This document shows, piece after piece, positions 27,544-38,200 of a stretch of 63,505 nucleotides of DNA (positions are counted from its first letter, which is position 1; every line of letters begins with the position of its first letter). The stretch covers positions 1 to 63,505 of IMG/VR virus record IMGVR_UViG_3300036791_000918, one strand, 5' to 3'. The notes under the pieces were generated by a model. It was given only the letters and a program-made list of their open reading frames with translations. It did not search any database and was not told where the DNA came from. Position numbers and translations under genes: made by a program. The DNA is from a virus. Its lineage: Duplodnaviria; Caudoviricetes.

Positions 27544-27981
27544 ATGGCTATTGCTGGCACGACCGAGACTGCAATCTTACAGCTGATCTACAACGCAACC
27601 GCATGGGCAAACTATGCGGACAATGCGGCGGCGTCACCTCAGACCAACATCGCGATCTCGTTGCATACGGCCGATCCTGGCACAGGCGGCAATCAGGGAA
27701 CCAGTGAGGTCACCTACACGGGTTATGCGCGCGCGTCCGTCGCGCGTACGGTAGGCGGATGGACAGTGACGGGCGTCGGTCCTGCGAACTGTTCGCCTGT
27801 CGCCAACATCACGTTTCCGGCTGGCTCAGGTGGGTCAGGCACGGTGACCAATTTCAGCACAGGCAAGACCGGCGGCGGAGCGACACCGATCCTTTGGAGC
27901 GGCACGGTCACGCCGAACATCGTCAGTGGAAGTGGGGTCACGCCGGTGTTGACCACGGCTACGACTATCACGTTGTCATGA
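27544..27981 (+). CDS. LHTADPG-type fibre/structural protein (paralogue of 41835..42269)
   Basis: ADNAA.SP.T...SLHTADPG...E..Y.GY.R. Confidence 0.75.
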   Translation: MAIAGTTETAILQLIYNATAWANYADNAAASPQTNIAISLHTADPGTGGNQGTSEVTYTGYARASVARTVGGWTVTGVGPANCSPVANITFPAGSGGSGTVTNFSTGKTGGGATPILWSGTVTPNIVSGSGVTPVLTTATTITLS

Positions 27982-27990
27982 ACTATTGTC

Positions 27991-28431
27991 ATGGACCATG
28001 CGGACGCTTTTCGTCGATGCCTGATTGAACTCGACGTTGTCGGGATTTGCGATCTGTGGTTCCACGTATCGCCGCATCTACCTCAGCCGAAGAACAACAA
28101 TGAAGCGCTGGTGACGATCCACTATGCGCGCACTCAAGCTGAGTCGATCCCGCTAAGGCTGCGTTGTTATTCGCATGCTTGGCTGTGCGAGCGTGGGCTG
28201 CCATCAGCTTTGCCTGACCATTGGAAGCCGAAGGCAGCGCGGCTCTATCCGCATAACGTAAACGCTGTGGGTGTTGCCGTGAAAGCAATGTCGGCGGCGA
28301 GCGTGTCGCGCGCGCGTGCGATCGAGAAGGCGATGAGTACCGCGGTGCTGGAATGCTACGCAGATGGCGTCACCGATGTCGATCGCATTCGGGATCGTAT
28401 GAACGAGGCGCGACGTGACATTGAGCGATGA
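27991..28431 (+). CDS. hypothetical protein
   Basis: Coupled ORF in the virion arm. Confidence 0.65.
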   Translation: MDHADAFRRCLIELDVVGICDLWFHVSPHLPQPKNNNEALVTIHYARTQAESIPLRLRCYSHAWLCERGLPSALPDHWKPKAARLYPHNVNAVGVAVKAMSAASVSRARAIEKAMSTAVLECYADGVTDVDRIRDRMNEARRDIER

Positions 28432-29909
28432 CCGATGTACGCGCCACGCAGGTCGGGGTCGAAGAGTGGGCATCACTAGTCCGACCACAGCTTTGGGCCA
28501 CTCAGCTCAGTGTCGAAGAGTGGGCTAGCGCCCAGCCGGGCTGGCCCGGTACAGCGGCTGGTGTTGGTACTGCTGCGGCGACTGGGTTTGCCCTGCTGGG
28601 ATCAATATTTGCTACCGGCCGCGCTTCCGGCACCGGCGTCGCTTCTTCTTTTAGCACCATCACAGGCGGCAAGCCGAAGAAGGTTAAAGGACACGCGGAT
28701 GGCGTTGGCGCAGCACGGGCTTCAAGCGTCGCCGGGTCTGCTGGCTTTGCAGCAGCAGATGGAGCGGGAGCTGCCGATGGCGCTTCTGCGGCTCTCCAGG
28801 ATTCTTATGGCGCAGCTTTTGGTACCGGCGCCGGCCACGCATCCGCGCCATCCATGTCCGGCGTGGCGGGCTCCGCTCCGGCCTTCGGTAGCGCGGTCGG
28901 GGTGTCCGCATCGAGCGTGGCAGGTTCTGCGGCTGGCTTTGGTGACGCTGTTGCGATCTCTGCATCGGGCGTGGCGGGTCTTGCGTCTGGTTTTGGTGGG
29001 GCTGTCGCAGTCTCTGCGTCGGGCGTGGTGGCGTTTGCTGCCGGCTTTGGCGGGGCTGCTGCGGCCTCCGTGGCGGGTGTGGCGGGCCACGCGCCCAGTT
29101 TTGGCGGGGCTGCCGCAGCTTCTGCGTCTGGGGTGGCAGGTCTTGCGTCTGGCTTTGGCGGGGCTGCTGCGGCTTCCGCGTCGGGTGTGGCCGGTCATGC
29201 GTCCGGCTTTGGCGGGGCTGCCGCGGCGTCTGCATCGGGCGTGGTGGCCTTCGCCGATGGGTTCGGCAGTGCGCATGGTGTGGCGGGTAACGCCGTCATC
29301 GGGGTTGCCAACGGCTACGGGAATGCGTTCGCGGAGTATGCCTTCGAGGCCGAATCGACCGGTTTGGCGATCGGCAGTGGTGATGCGATCGCGGCAATGC
29401 CGCAGGTTGGATCAGCTCAGGCAAGCGGCGTCGGTGGCGCCGCGGCGATCAGCACCCCCCTGCTGGCTGCGGCTGGTGCTGCAGCTGCGAGCGGCAATGC
29501 CGTTGGTGCGGCCTTTGGAGCGGTCGTCGCCCGTGCCGGGGGCACTGGTGCGGCAGCGGGTGTTAGTGGTGCGATTTTCCAGGCTGTCGGGCTAGCGCAG
29601 GGCTTTGGCGATCCGGAAGCGAGTGCCGGTTTCCTCGGTCAGGCCCCCAGTACCGGTGATGCGGCTGCTGTTAGCTCGACCTCCGGGGTGCGGTTCTCGT
29701 TCGGGCAAGCCAACGGTGTCGGGCTCGCGTCCGGATGGACAATCCATGAAACAGCTTCGTACGGAACAGCGGCTGGTGTTGGTGGAGCACGTGGCGTGGC
29801 TCCGACTCCTCAGCAGATCATCTCGCTGTATGGGCGCCGGAGCGGTATGATGCTTCAGGGGAGCAACTCAGCTAGTGGGGATAGTAGGCGCCTGGTAAGG
29901 TCGGGGTGA
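28428..29909 (+). CDS. Ala/Gly/Ser-rich repeat fibre protein
   Basis: TQVGVEEW N-terminus; 18-aa repeats SASGVAGLASGFGGAAAA. Confidence 0.75.
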   Translation: MTDVRATQVGVEEWASLVRPQLWATQLSVEEWASAQPGWPGTAAGVGTAAATGFALLGSIFATGRASGTGVASSFSTITGGKPKKVKGHADGVGAARASSVAGSAGFAAADGAGAADGASAALQDSYGAAFGTGAGHASAPSMSGVAGSAPAFGSAVGVSASSVAGSAAGFGDAVAISASGVAGLASGFGGAVAVSASGVVAFAAGFGGAAAASVAGVAGHAPSFGGAAAASASGVAGLASGFGGAAAASASGVAGHASGFGGAAAASASGVVAFADGFGSAHGVAGNAVIGVANGYGNAFAEYAFEAESTGLAIGSGDAIAAMPQVGSAQASGVGGAAAISTPLLAAAGAAAASGNAVGAAFGAVVARAGGTGAAAGVSGAIFQAVGLAQGFGDPEASAGFLGQAPSTGDAAAVSSTSGVRFSFGQANGVGLASGWTIHETASYGTAAGVGGARGVAPTPQQIISLYGRRSGMMLQGSNSASGDSRRLVRSG

Positions 29910-29924
29910 ACAAGGATTAGACCG

Positions 29925-30194
29925 ATGAACAGCATACGCATCGAGCGGGCGCAGAACGGGTTCACTGTCTGCATGGACGACCCGGCGATCGCCGCCAAGA
30001 ACCAGAAATCTGATGGGCCGTGGGTAGACCCGGAGGTGGAGTTCGTCTTCGACGACGAGGCTGAGGTCATCGCGTTCATCACCAAGAACCTCGACAAGAT
30101 CATACCAGCCAAGAAGGATGATTTTGCCTCCAGTTTCGACGCAGCAGTCGAGGAGAGTGAGGAAGAGGAGAAAGCAGAGGAGAGTAAGAAATGA
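29925..30194 (+). CDS. hypothetical virion-arm protein
   Basis: AAGGA RBS. Confidence 0.7.
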   Translation: MNSIRIERAQNGFTVCMDDPAIAAKNQKSDGPWVDPEVEFVFDDEAEVIAFITKNLDKIIPAKKDDFASSFDAAVEESEEEEKAEESKK

Positions 30195-30511
30195 GCACGA
30201 TGCTTCCTGAGGACGACGAACCGACGCCGCGCAATGCGAGGTCTAAACTAGTGGATGCGCCAGTGGTGAAGACCCCTCAGCGGTTCAAGATCATTTTGGA
30301 AGAGGACTCTGCGATCCCGCCGACTGGACTTTTCATCTCGGCGAATGGCAAGCCGTACGTGTTGCAAGCTGGTGTCGAGGCGGAGGTTCCGAAAGAGGTA
30401 ATGAGTGTGCTGGACGATGCAGTGACCTCAGTGCCAGTCATTGATCCGCAAACGCAGCGTGTCACTGGTTACCGTTCACGGCTTCGGTTTCCTTATCGAC
30501 GACTAGATTAG
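30191..30511 (+). CDS. hypothetical virion-arm protein
   Basis: FISANG..Y.LQAGVE.EVP...VLDDA...RFPY. Confidence 0.7.
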   Translation: MSTMLPEDDEPTPRNARSKLVDAPVVKTPQRFKIILEEDSAIPPTGLFISANGKPYVLQAGVEAEVPKEVMSVLDDAVTSVPVIDPQTQRVTGYRSRLRFPYRRLD

Positions 30512-30518
30512 GTGACTC

Positions 30519-31298
30519 ATGCGCACCGACGAGCTGTTGTCTGAACTACGTCACCACATGCTTCGGGATGTGTCGGACCAGGTTGCGGGCGCGAGTGACT
30601 ATCTGTGGTCTGACAACGGGCTGATGGAATACATCAACCAAGGACAGACCAGGTTTGCCCGACAAACTAAGTGTCTTCGTGATGCGACGACGCCGCAAGT
30701 TTGTCAGTTTACCACTATAGCCGATCAGGATTTCTACACGCTTGATCCTCATGTTGTCAGTATCCTGTCTATTAGAATGACAGGTGATAGGGCTGATCTG
30801 GCTCGTGCCGGGCATGCTGATCTCGATACGTACCACCAACCAGATACTTATTTCTTTGATCCTGCTCAGCTGAGCAGCATGCCGCCGGGCAAGCCGGTAG
30901 CGTGGACGACAGACGAAGGTGTGTTCCAGGAAACTGGCGGCTCTTATCGAGCGATCCAGCTGCGGCTCTATCCGACACCAATCGTGCCGTACGGCGGCAT
31001 TGTCGGCAACATGCGGGTCGCGCGCCTGCCGCTTACCAAGTTGAGCGTCAGCGCGCCGGATGCTGTTCCTGAGGTCCCGGAAGAGCACCACATGGATATC
31101 CTGAACTGGGCGGCGTACCTGGCGCTACGTGGTGTTGACCTCGACGTTGCCGGTGGTGGCGCGTGGGATCGCGCCAAGGAATTTCGTGCGGCATTCGATG
31201 ATGCGATCAACGACATGAAACGAGATGCTCAATCCAAGATGTTCCGTCCATTGCAGTGGGCCTTCGGCCGCAATGGATGGAGCTATGAGAGGTACTGA
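30519..31298 (+). CDS. head-tail adaptor (putative)
   Basis: LWSD..L..YINQGQ, LRLYPTP, PEVPEEHH..IL.WAAYLA pattern typical of podophage adaptors. Confidence 0.65.
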   Translation: MRTDELLSELRHHMLRDVSDQVAGASDYLWSDNGLMEYINQGQTRFARQTKCLRDATTPQVCQFTTIADQDFYTLDPHVVSILSIRMTGDRADLARAGHADLDTYHQPDTYFFDPAQLSSMPPGKPVAWTTDEGVFQETGGSYRAIQLRLYPTPIVPYGGIVGNMRVARLPLTKLSVSAPDAVPEVPEEHHMDILNWAAYLALRGVDLDVAGGGAWDRAKEFRAAFDDAINDMKRDAQSKMFRPLQWAFGRNGWSYERY

Positions 31299-31300
31299 TC

Positions 31301-32248
31301 ATGCCAGGTCAACTTAACCGTGGGATCATGCATTACGCAGAAGGTGATGCAGAAGTAGCACCTCCCAGTGGCTTTGGTCAGTTGCTAAGGGGCGTTGGTA
31401 ACGCGATCAATCCATGGGCAGCTCCTGGTGCCGCTGAGAGTCAGTTTGCTGCGGCTCGGGATAATCCTGCGTCGTCACCAGCCACTTCTACGTTGGGGCA
31501 ATTCGGAAGTTATTTGGGCAGAGACATACGGGCGCAGCAAGCTGCTAAGGGGCCAACATTTGGTGAGTGGCTTGGTAATATCTTTACTGGTGATACGCAA
31601 TCAACCGCCGATCTACAAGATCGTCATAATGCAGCTGTGCAACTTCGCGATCCAGCGGTGCAGCAGAATCTTATAAGCAATCCCGATAAATTGGCTGTGG
31701 TTGAAAGAGACCCGCGTGCGTACGTAGCAAGTCCAGCTTTCCAAGATTTTATACAGCAAGCGCAGAAAGCTAATGCAGCGGCAGTAGCGAATCCAAGGAT
31801 AGCATCTGCGGACGAGCAGAATAAGACCGTAGATAAATCAATCAACGCTGGTGTTCATCCGGATGTGGCGCATGTTGCTGTTGCGCCGCATAAGTACACG
31901 GAGGATGAGTTCGTCAACACCTTCAAAGGTATTCCAACAGCGACCTTCATGCAGTTGTTTGGTGCGCAACTTGCGCATGTTCGGACCCCGCAAGAGAAGG
32001 CGGCGACAGAGTTCTTTGATCAAATGCATGGTCGATATGCTGATCTGAATGACACCGTTAAGCAGATGGAAGCTGAGGACGCAGCACTAGCGAAAGAGGG
32101 CAAGTCTAAAAAGCACGACGTATACAAGTTGCCGTTTACAGGGAAGAATGCTTACGACACAGCAAAAGAAGAGCGGGACAAAGCGATGGCGGCTACCATG
32201 AATGCGTTGCAGAAGTTTATATCTCCGCAGTCGTTCCCGACAAATTAA
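31301..32248 (+). CDS. internal virion/ejection protein (putative)
   Basis: A/Q/G-rich, precedes the giant protein. Confidence 0.55.
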   Translation: MPGQLNRGIMHYAEGDAEVAPPSGFGQLLRGVGNAINPWAAPGAAESQFAAARDNPASSPATSTLGQFGSYLGRDIRAQQAAKGPTFGEWLGNIFTGDTQSTADLQDRHNAAVQLRDPAVQQNLISNPDKLAVVERDPRAYVASPAFQDFIQQAQKANAAAVANPRIASADEQNKTVDKSINAGVHPDVAHVAVAPHKYTEDEFVNTFKGIPTATFMQLFGAQLAHVRTPQEKAATEFFDQMHGRYADLNDTVKQMEAEDAALAKEGKSKKHDVYKLPFTGKNAYDTAKEERDKAMAATMNALQKFISPQSFPTN

Positions 32249-32258
32249 GTGAAGAGCA

Positions 32259-35200
32259 ATGGCTGAGCTGTATCCGTACACTCCGCGATTTGACAGCTAC
32301 TTGCCGCCATACGAGCCGAGTGCGTCGGCGTCGGCGTCGGCGTTACCGACGCGCACATTGCCGACTGCGGTTCCAGCGACTGGTCAGGGTGATTGGTTAA
32401 CCGCTGGTGTCATGTCTGGCTTTCATAGCGCGCTCTCGGAAGGTGCTCGGGCGCTCCAGGCTGGTGCCACGATGTCGGGTGCTCCTGATGCGGCTCAGTC
32501 TATTTCTGATTTTGCTGAAGAGCATCATCGTCGTGCGCAGGCATACGCGCGACCGGATTTAGAAGAGAGCCCCTGGTCACCTGCTGGGATTGCTTACAAC
32601 ATTGCGCGCATGGTGCCGATGGGGCTTGCGGCATTTGGTGGGGGTGCAGTCGGAGCGGCGTTGGCTCCAGAGGCTGCGACTGGAGCTGGAGCTACGGCTT
32701 TAGCTGTAGGAGCGAGGGCGCTTTTGCCTCGTTTGCTAGGTGCCTCAGTAGCAACGTATCCATTCGTGACTGGTGCGAATGTCGAGCGGGAGATCAGCGA
32801 GACTGGCGAGCTTAGGCATCCGGGCAGGGCTGCGTTGCTTGGGGTGCCGGAAGCAGCTTTGCAAGGATACCTGCCAGGAAAATTAGAAGCGTTTTTTGGA
32901 AAAAGCGTTCTGGAGGGGATCAAACATTCTGCAATAGCGCAAGGTGTTGCTGGTGGTGGCACTGAAGCGCTGACCCAGTTTATGGGCGATCCGAATCGTG
33001 GCTTTGCCGATCGAGCAGCTGCTGTCGGACAATCGGCTTTAAGCGGTGCGGCACTTGGTGGGATTATCGGTACTGGGTTTGCTGGTTTTCGTTCGCTTGC
33101 CGGGAAGCCGACGTCGCAAGTGCTTAACGACCCAAAGGCTCAGGCCGATGTGGTCGATCAGATGCTCAGTCCGGATCAAGTGTTACAAAATCGTATGGCG
33201 GGCCGACAGCCACGAGAACCGCTGTCAGAGCCGCCGCCAGCTGTCGTTCAAGCCGGACCGCCGCTTCAGGGCATGGAGCCTACGGAGCTGTGGCAACGTT
33301 TTGACAAGGCGCAAGAGCAGCTAAAGATCAATCCGCAAGATGCTAGAGCATTAGATGATTACCGACTATTGGGGCAGGAATTTACACGGCGATCGGCAGC
33401 GATGGAGCCGGCACCTGCGACACCTGAACCGCCCAGACAGATAGCGTACCAGCCTGGTGTTGTCCCGCTCGAAATGAGGGGACCACTGCAAGACATACCG
33501 GGTGGTGAGATAGCTGGACGTATAGATGTTCTGAGGCCGCCGCGAACGCAGGTGGAAGCCGAAGAACTTCGGCAGCTTGTGCAGGAGCAGCAGCGGCGTG
33601 CGACTGAAGCAGCTGCAGCAGCGGCTGAAGCACCGGGGCCGCCGAAACTATTGCCGCCACCTCCTACTAGAGAAGGACCACCACTGCAGGATATGAATGC
33701 TACGGGTTTAATGGATCGGGCACACTATGTGCAATCGTGGTTAGCTATTAACCCAGACGACCCCAGAGCGTTGCGAGCTTCTGAATTGTTGGGGCAGGAA
33801 TTATCGCGACGAATGGAAGCGACAGCAAAGCCAGCTGAACCTGGGGCGCCTGCAGCTGAACCTGGAGCACCTGGAGCACCTGGAGCACCTGGAGCACCTA
33901 CTGCAGCTGAACCTGCGGCTCCTCCTGCCGTATTGGATTTCACCAAGGGCGCGGTTAAGGCAGGCGGGAAGTTGTACACGGCGGCATCGGACGCAGATAA
34001 AGCGACGATGCGACAGCCGTTGATCGAAGCGATCATTAAGCGGGCAGGAGATGGTAAAGACCCAACAGCATTGCAGAATAGATGGGCTGACGAACTTGAT
34101 ATTTGGGGTGATCTAGAAAAAGCGATGACTGCGGAGCGGCCACCTGAAACGCCGCTCGCTGTAAAGGCAGAAGTTCCGCCGGTTGTTGCGGCGGCTGAGG
34201 TACCTAAGGCGCCACCTGCGGCACCTGCTGAGCCAGACCTTGATATTCCGGAGTTCTTGCGGCGTACGCCACCAGCTCCGGCTGAGCCAGCAGCTCCGCC
34301 TGCACCAGCGCCACCTCCAGCTAGTGCTGCTCCGATCAAGACTGCGGAGGATCGTGTAACTGCGCTCAGTGGAATTGGGGAGCATATTGATGCAATAGCT
34401 AAAACCGATCCAGAGACTGCGAAAAAGTCTGCTGATGAGGCAGACACAATCATGAGGCTGTTGCCGAACGTCGAAAAAAATCCCGGTCTAGGTTTGTCGC
34501 TCAATGTTCGGTTGACGCGGTTGCGTAACCAGGTCGAGGCGGCAGCGCAGCAGCCGGCAGATGCTGTGGCATCTCCGGAGTTGACGCCGTCGCCTACTGC
34601 CGAGGCGAAGGTGGCGCCGACCGGTGATCTGGATAAGCGTCTGTCTACCGCGCGAACGGCGTTGGATAACCTACGTAGTTCGTTGAAGGGCCATCCTGAT
34701 CCTGATGTGGAAGGCGCGCTTACAGCAAATGCTAAATGGCTGGAGCAAGCAGGCAAGGCGGGTGTGCCCGATGAGTATGGCGCGGCTCTGACGACAAATC
34801 CCAAGACTGCCGAGGAAACAGATCTGTCTATGGTTACGCCGCGAAACCAGCGGCAGTATAAGTTGCTCAATGAATATGATACAGCGCACGAAGCAGTGCT
34901 TCAGGAATTGCGTGGTTTGTCTGATTCACGCGCTAGGGTGGTTGCCTCGCGAGATGGGTTGCCGGTGTCGCAGCTTGATGCCGATGTGACGGACTTGCAC
35001 CAGCGCGGTGTTCCGCTTGCTGATGTTGCTGATCATATTATCGAGCATACTCCTGATCCGGAGACAGCCGAGATAGTGGCAAAGCTCAAGCCGTTTCTGC
35101 CGGAGGATGCGAAGACGGTTTTCCGGGATGGGGTCGCTGATAAGGAAGGCGAGTATTTTACCAAGCAAAAAACTTCAGCGCTCTACAACGCGGCGGATGC

Positions 35201-38200
35201 TGCGGTGACTTCCGTCCACGAGATGGTGCATGCGGTCATGCACCGGGCTCTGGAGGGCGACAGCGCTGCAGCGAGAGCCATGCGAGGCATCTATGATCAG
35301 CTCAAGAGCAAAGGAGATCATGCTGGCATAACCGACGCGCATGAGATGGTGTCGGAGGCGATGGCTAATCCGGTTTATCGCGACTTCTTGAAATCCCAGA
35401 TGGTGAAGGGTACCAGTCTCTGGGATAGGATGATTGATACGGTACGAGGTTTCATCGGCCTGGACCCTAGGTTATACAATGCGTTTGATCGCATCATGAC
35501 GCATGGTGACGATCTTATGAAAGAACAGCAGCAGTATGCGAATAGTTGGGTAGGACCCGATAGCTACGCCCGTGTGTTGGGCAACGCAATGTCGTCCGTA
35601 TCCAGCAATGCTGATCAAGGTCTTGGTTCGATATTGCGAAAAGCTTGGCTTAATTTTAACGATACTGCCGGTAAATACGGATTAGGATGGGCCACTGATT
35701 TTCGTATCGGTCAGTTGCAGGGTAACGTAATTAAGTCGATGCGGCCTTATGTTGAGGCTACTGGACCGCGACAACAGGCTCGCAAGGAAGCTATAGGGAT
35801 GCTCGGCCAGACTGCTGAGCAAGTGTCGAATGCGCTCCCTGTGGCGGAGCGCGACCTTGTGAACAAGGTCATGCGTGAGTCGAACGGGTATGGCGTGGAC
35901 CCGCAACGACCTCTTAGCGCGCAGCCTGATCTTCATAATGATCCTGATCGGATCAACAGGCTTGCAAGTGTCACGGCTGATTATAACCAGCTTAGCCCGG
36001 AGGGCAAAAAGGCTTTTGAGTTTCAGCGTGCAACCTCGTCATCGCACTATCTTATGACGCTGGTCGATGACATGCAGCAGGTGGAGCGTACGCTTCCTGG
36101 TGGGCTAGCTCAGGATAGGTTTGACGATTTTACCAATCGCACCGGTTTGTATACGCGCCCGGACAAGGCTGAGGGGTTTTGGAAGCAGGTATTTACTGAC
36201 GAGCAGACGGCGTTGACCGATCGTCGTAATGCATTATCTGGTGAGCGGGCGAAGATAGATACACAGCTTGCAGCGAAGTCGCCTCTACCTCCTGACCAAG
36301 TGAAAGAGCTGACCAAGCAACGTGATGCTTTGCAGGGTAACGTTGATGCTATCGACGATGTTCTGAAGGACACGCTATCAAAGCGGGATACTGCAGCGAA
36401 GGCACCGCATTTTCATCAGGGGCGGAATGGCGATTTTTTTGTTCTAAACAAATTGTTTACCGATCCTGATGGTACGGTGAACCAGCAAAAACTAACTCAG
36501 TTTGCTGATCGCCTAGAAAAGACATTTCCCGGTGTGACGATCCTGGAAGGGAGTCAGAACGACACGGCGTACATGCGCGTCAAGAGCGCCGGCCAGATGG
36601 ACATGATGTTCAAGGCAATAAAGCAAGCGCAAGCTGATGGCCTTATATCGCCTACGGGTGCGGCGCGTGGTGAGGTGACCGATCCGCATATTTTCAATGC
36701 GCTTGCTTCGCCTGCCATGTTGCGGAAGGTCGTCGAGCAGATGAGGTCGCTTCGTGGAGAGGCTCCGGCAGGAGCTACTCCAGAGACCGTAGATGCGCTG
36801 AACAAAGCGGACACTAATCGGGAGCGTGACCTGCGACGTATTTTGTTGAATACGATGCAGGAAAACTCGATGGGCCGATTGATGGCGCAACGGCATAACG
36901 TGCCGGGTTACAATGCCGATATGATACGCGAGGCGGCGAATGCGTCGAAGATCATGGCGAACAGTCTCGCACGTACAACGTTGGCGCCAGAGGTTGGTGA
37001 GCTACAAGCGAAGATGCGGGATGAGCTTACGGCACTCAAAGAGAACCCGGATATCTCATCTGATGCTTTGCTAGGTGCTTCGCGGGCTGTGTCTGAGCTG
37101 CTGATAAGAGATGGGAACAAGCAGTCCTATGCATCGCCAACTCCCTTTGATGCGCTCCGTCGTTTCTCGCATACTGCAAGTGTTGGCTCATCGCCGACAT
37201 ATCCGCTGACTTTGGCGTCGCAGAATTTAACAACAACTCTTCCAGAGTTCCTTAAATTGCACAGCCCTGTTGCAAGTATGCGGGCGATGACTGGTGCTGC
37301 GCCGGATGCCTGGGCATTGCTTAGGGCGGTTACGGGCACCCCTAACTGGGATAAAGCCGGGATCACGGATGACGCTATAGAGAATTCTACTCTGAGTGCG
37401 GAGAGGAAAGCTCAAGCCAGGGCGATGGTAGCTGGGGGTAGCTTGCAGCAAGTTTATTCAGCCGAGATGACTGATCATTCGCCAATGCAAGTTGGGCACA
37501 ACAGCACGGGGCTGAAGCTGGCGAATTCGATGGGTTTCTATTCTGAGCAGCTTCCTCGGTTGATTGCAGGCTTTGCTGCGCACGATCTTTATGATTCGGG
37601 GAAACGCCCGACCTCAGTGAACTACAAGAACATGACGGCTGAGCAGTATGCCGATCATGTGATGAATGAAACCCAGGGTACCTGGGGTGCTGGTACTCCG
37701 CGGCAGCTGACGACCGGTGGCATGTTCGGCACCTATTCGCCGGTGTTCAACCAGTTCATGAACTGGTCGACACAAATGACCGGCAAGATGTACCAGGAGC
37801 TTAGGGATTCGGTTAAGGGCGATAAAGATACAAGAAGCGAAGCGCAGCGGTGGTTGCTCGCGCACGCGGGAGCAACGACGATGCTGGCGGGTGTGTTGGG
37901 ATTACCGGCGCTATCCGTGATGTCCTCGGTCTACGATCGACTGATGAACTGGGTTACCAACCGGGACGATCATGATCTAACGGCTTCGACCCGGACTTTT
38001 CTGGCAGATACTTTTGGCAAAGATATGGGTGAGGTCATCGCGCGTGGGTTGCCACGTGCGATCGGAGTGGACTTTGGGCATTGGGGCGAGGCGACGACGG
38101 TGCCAGGATCGTCGACCATCAATATGCTGCTTGAGAAGCGTAAGTTCGATGATGCGTGGCGCGACTGGGCCAAGTCGATGACTGGCGCAGGAGTTGGCAA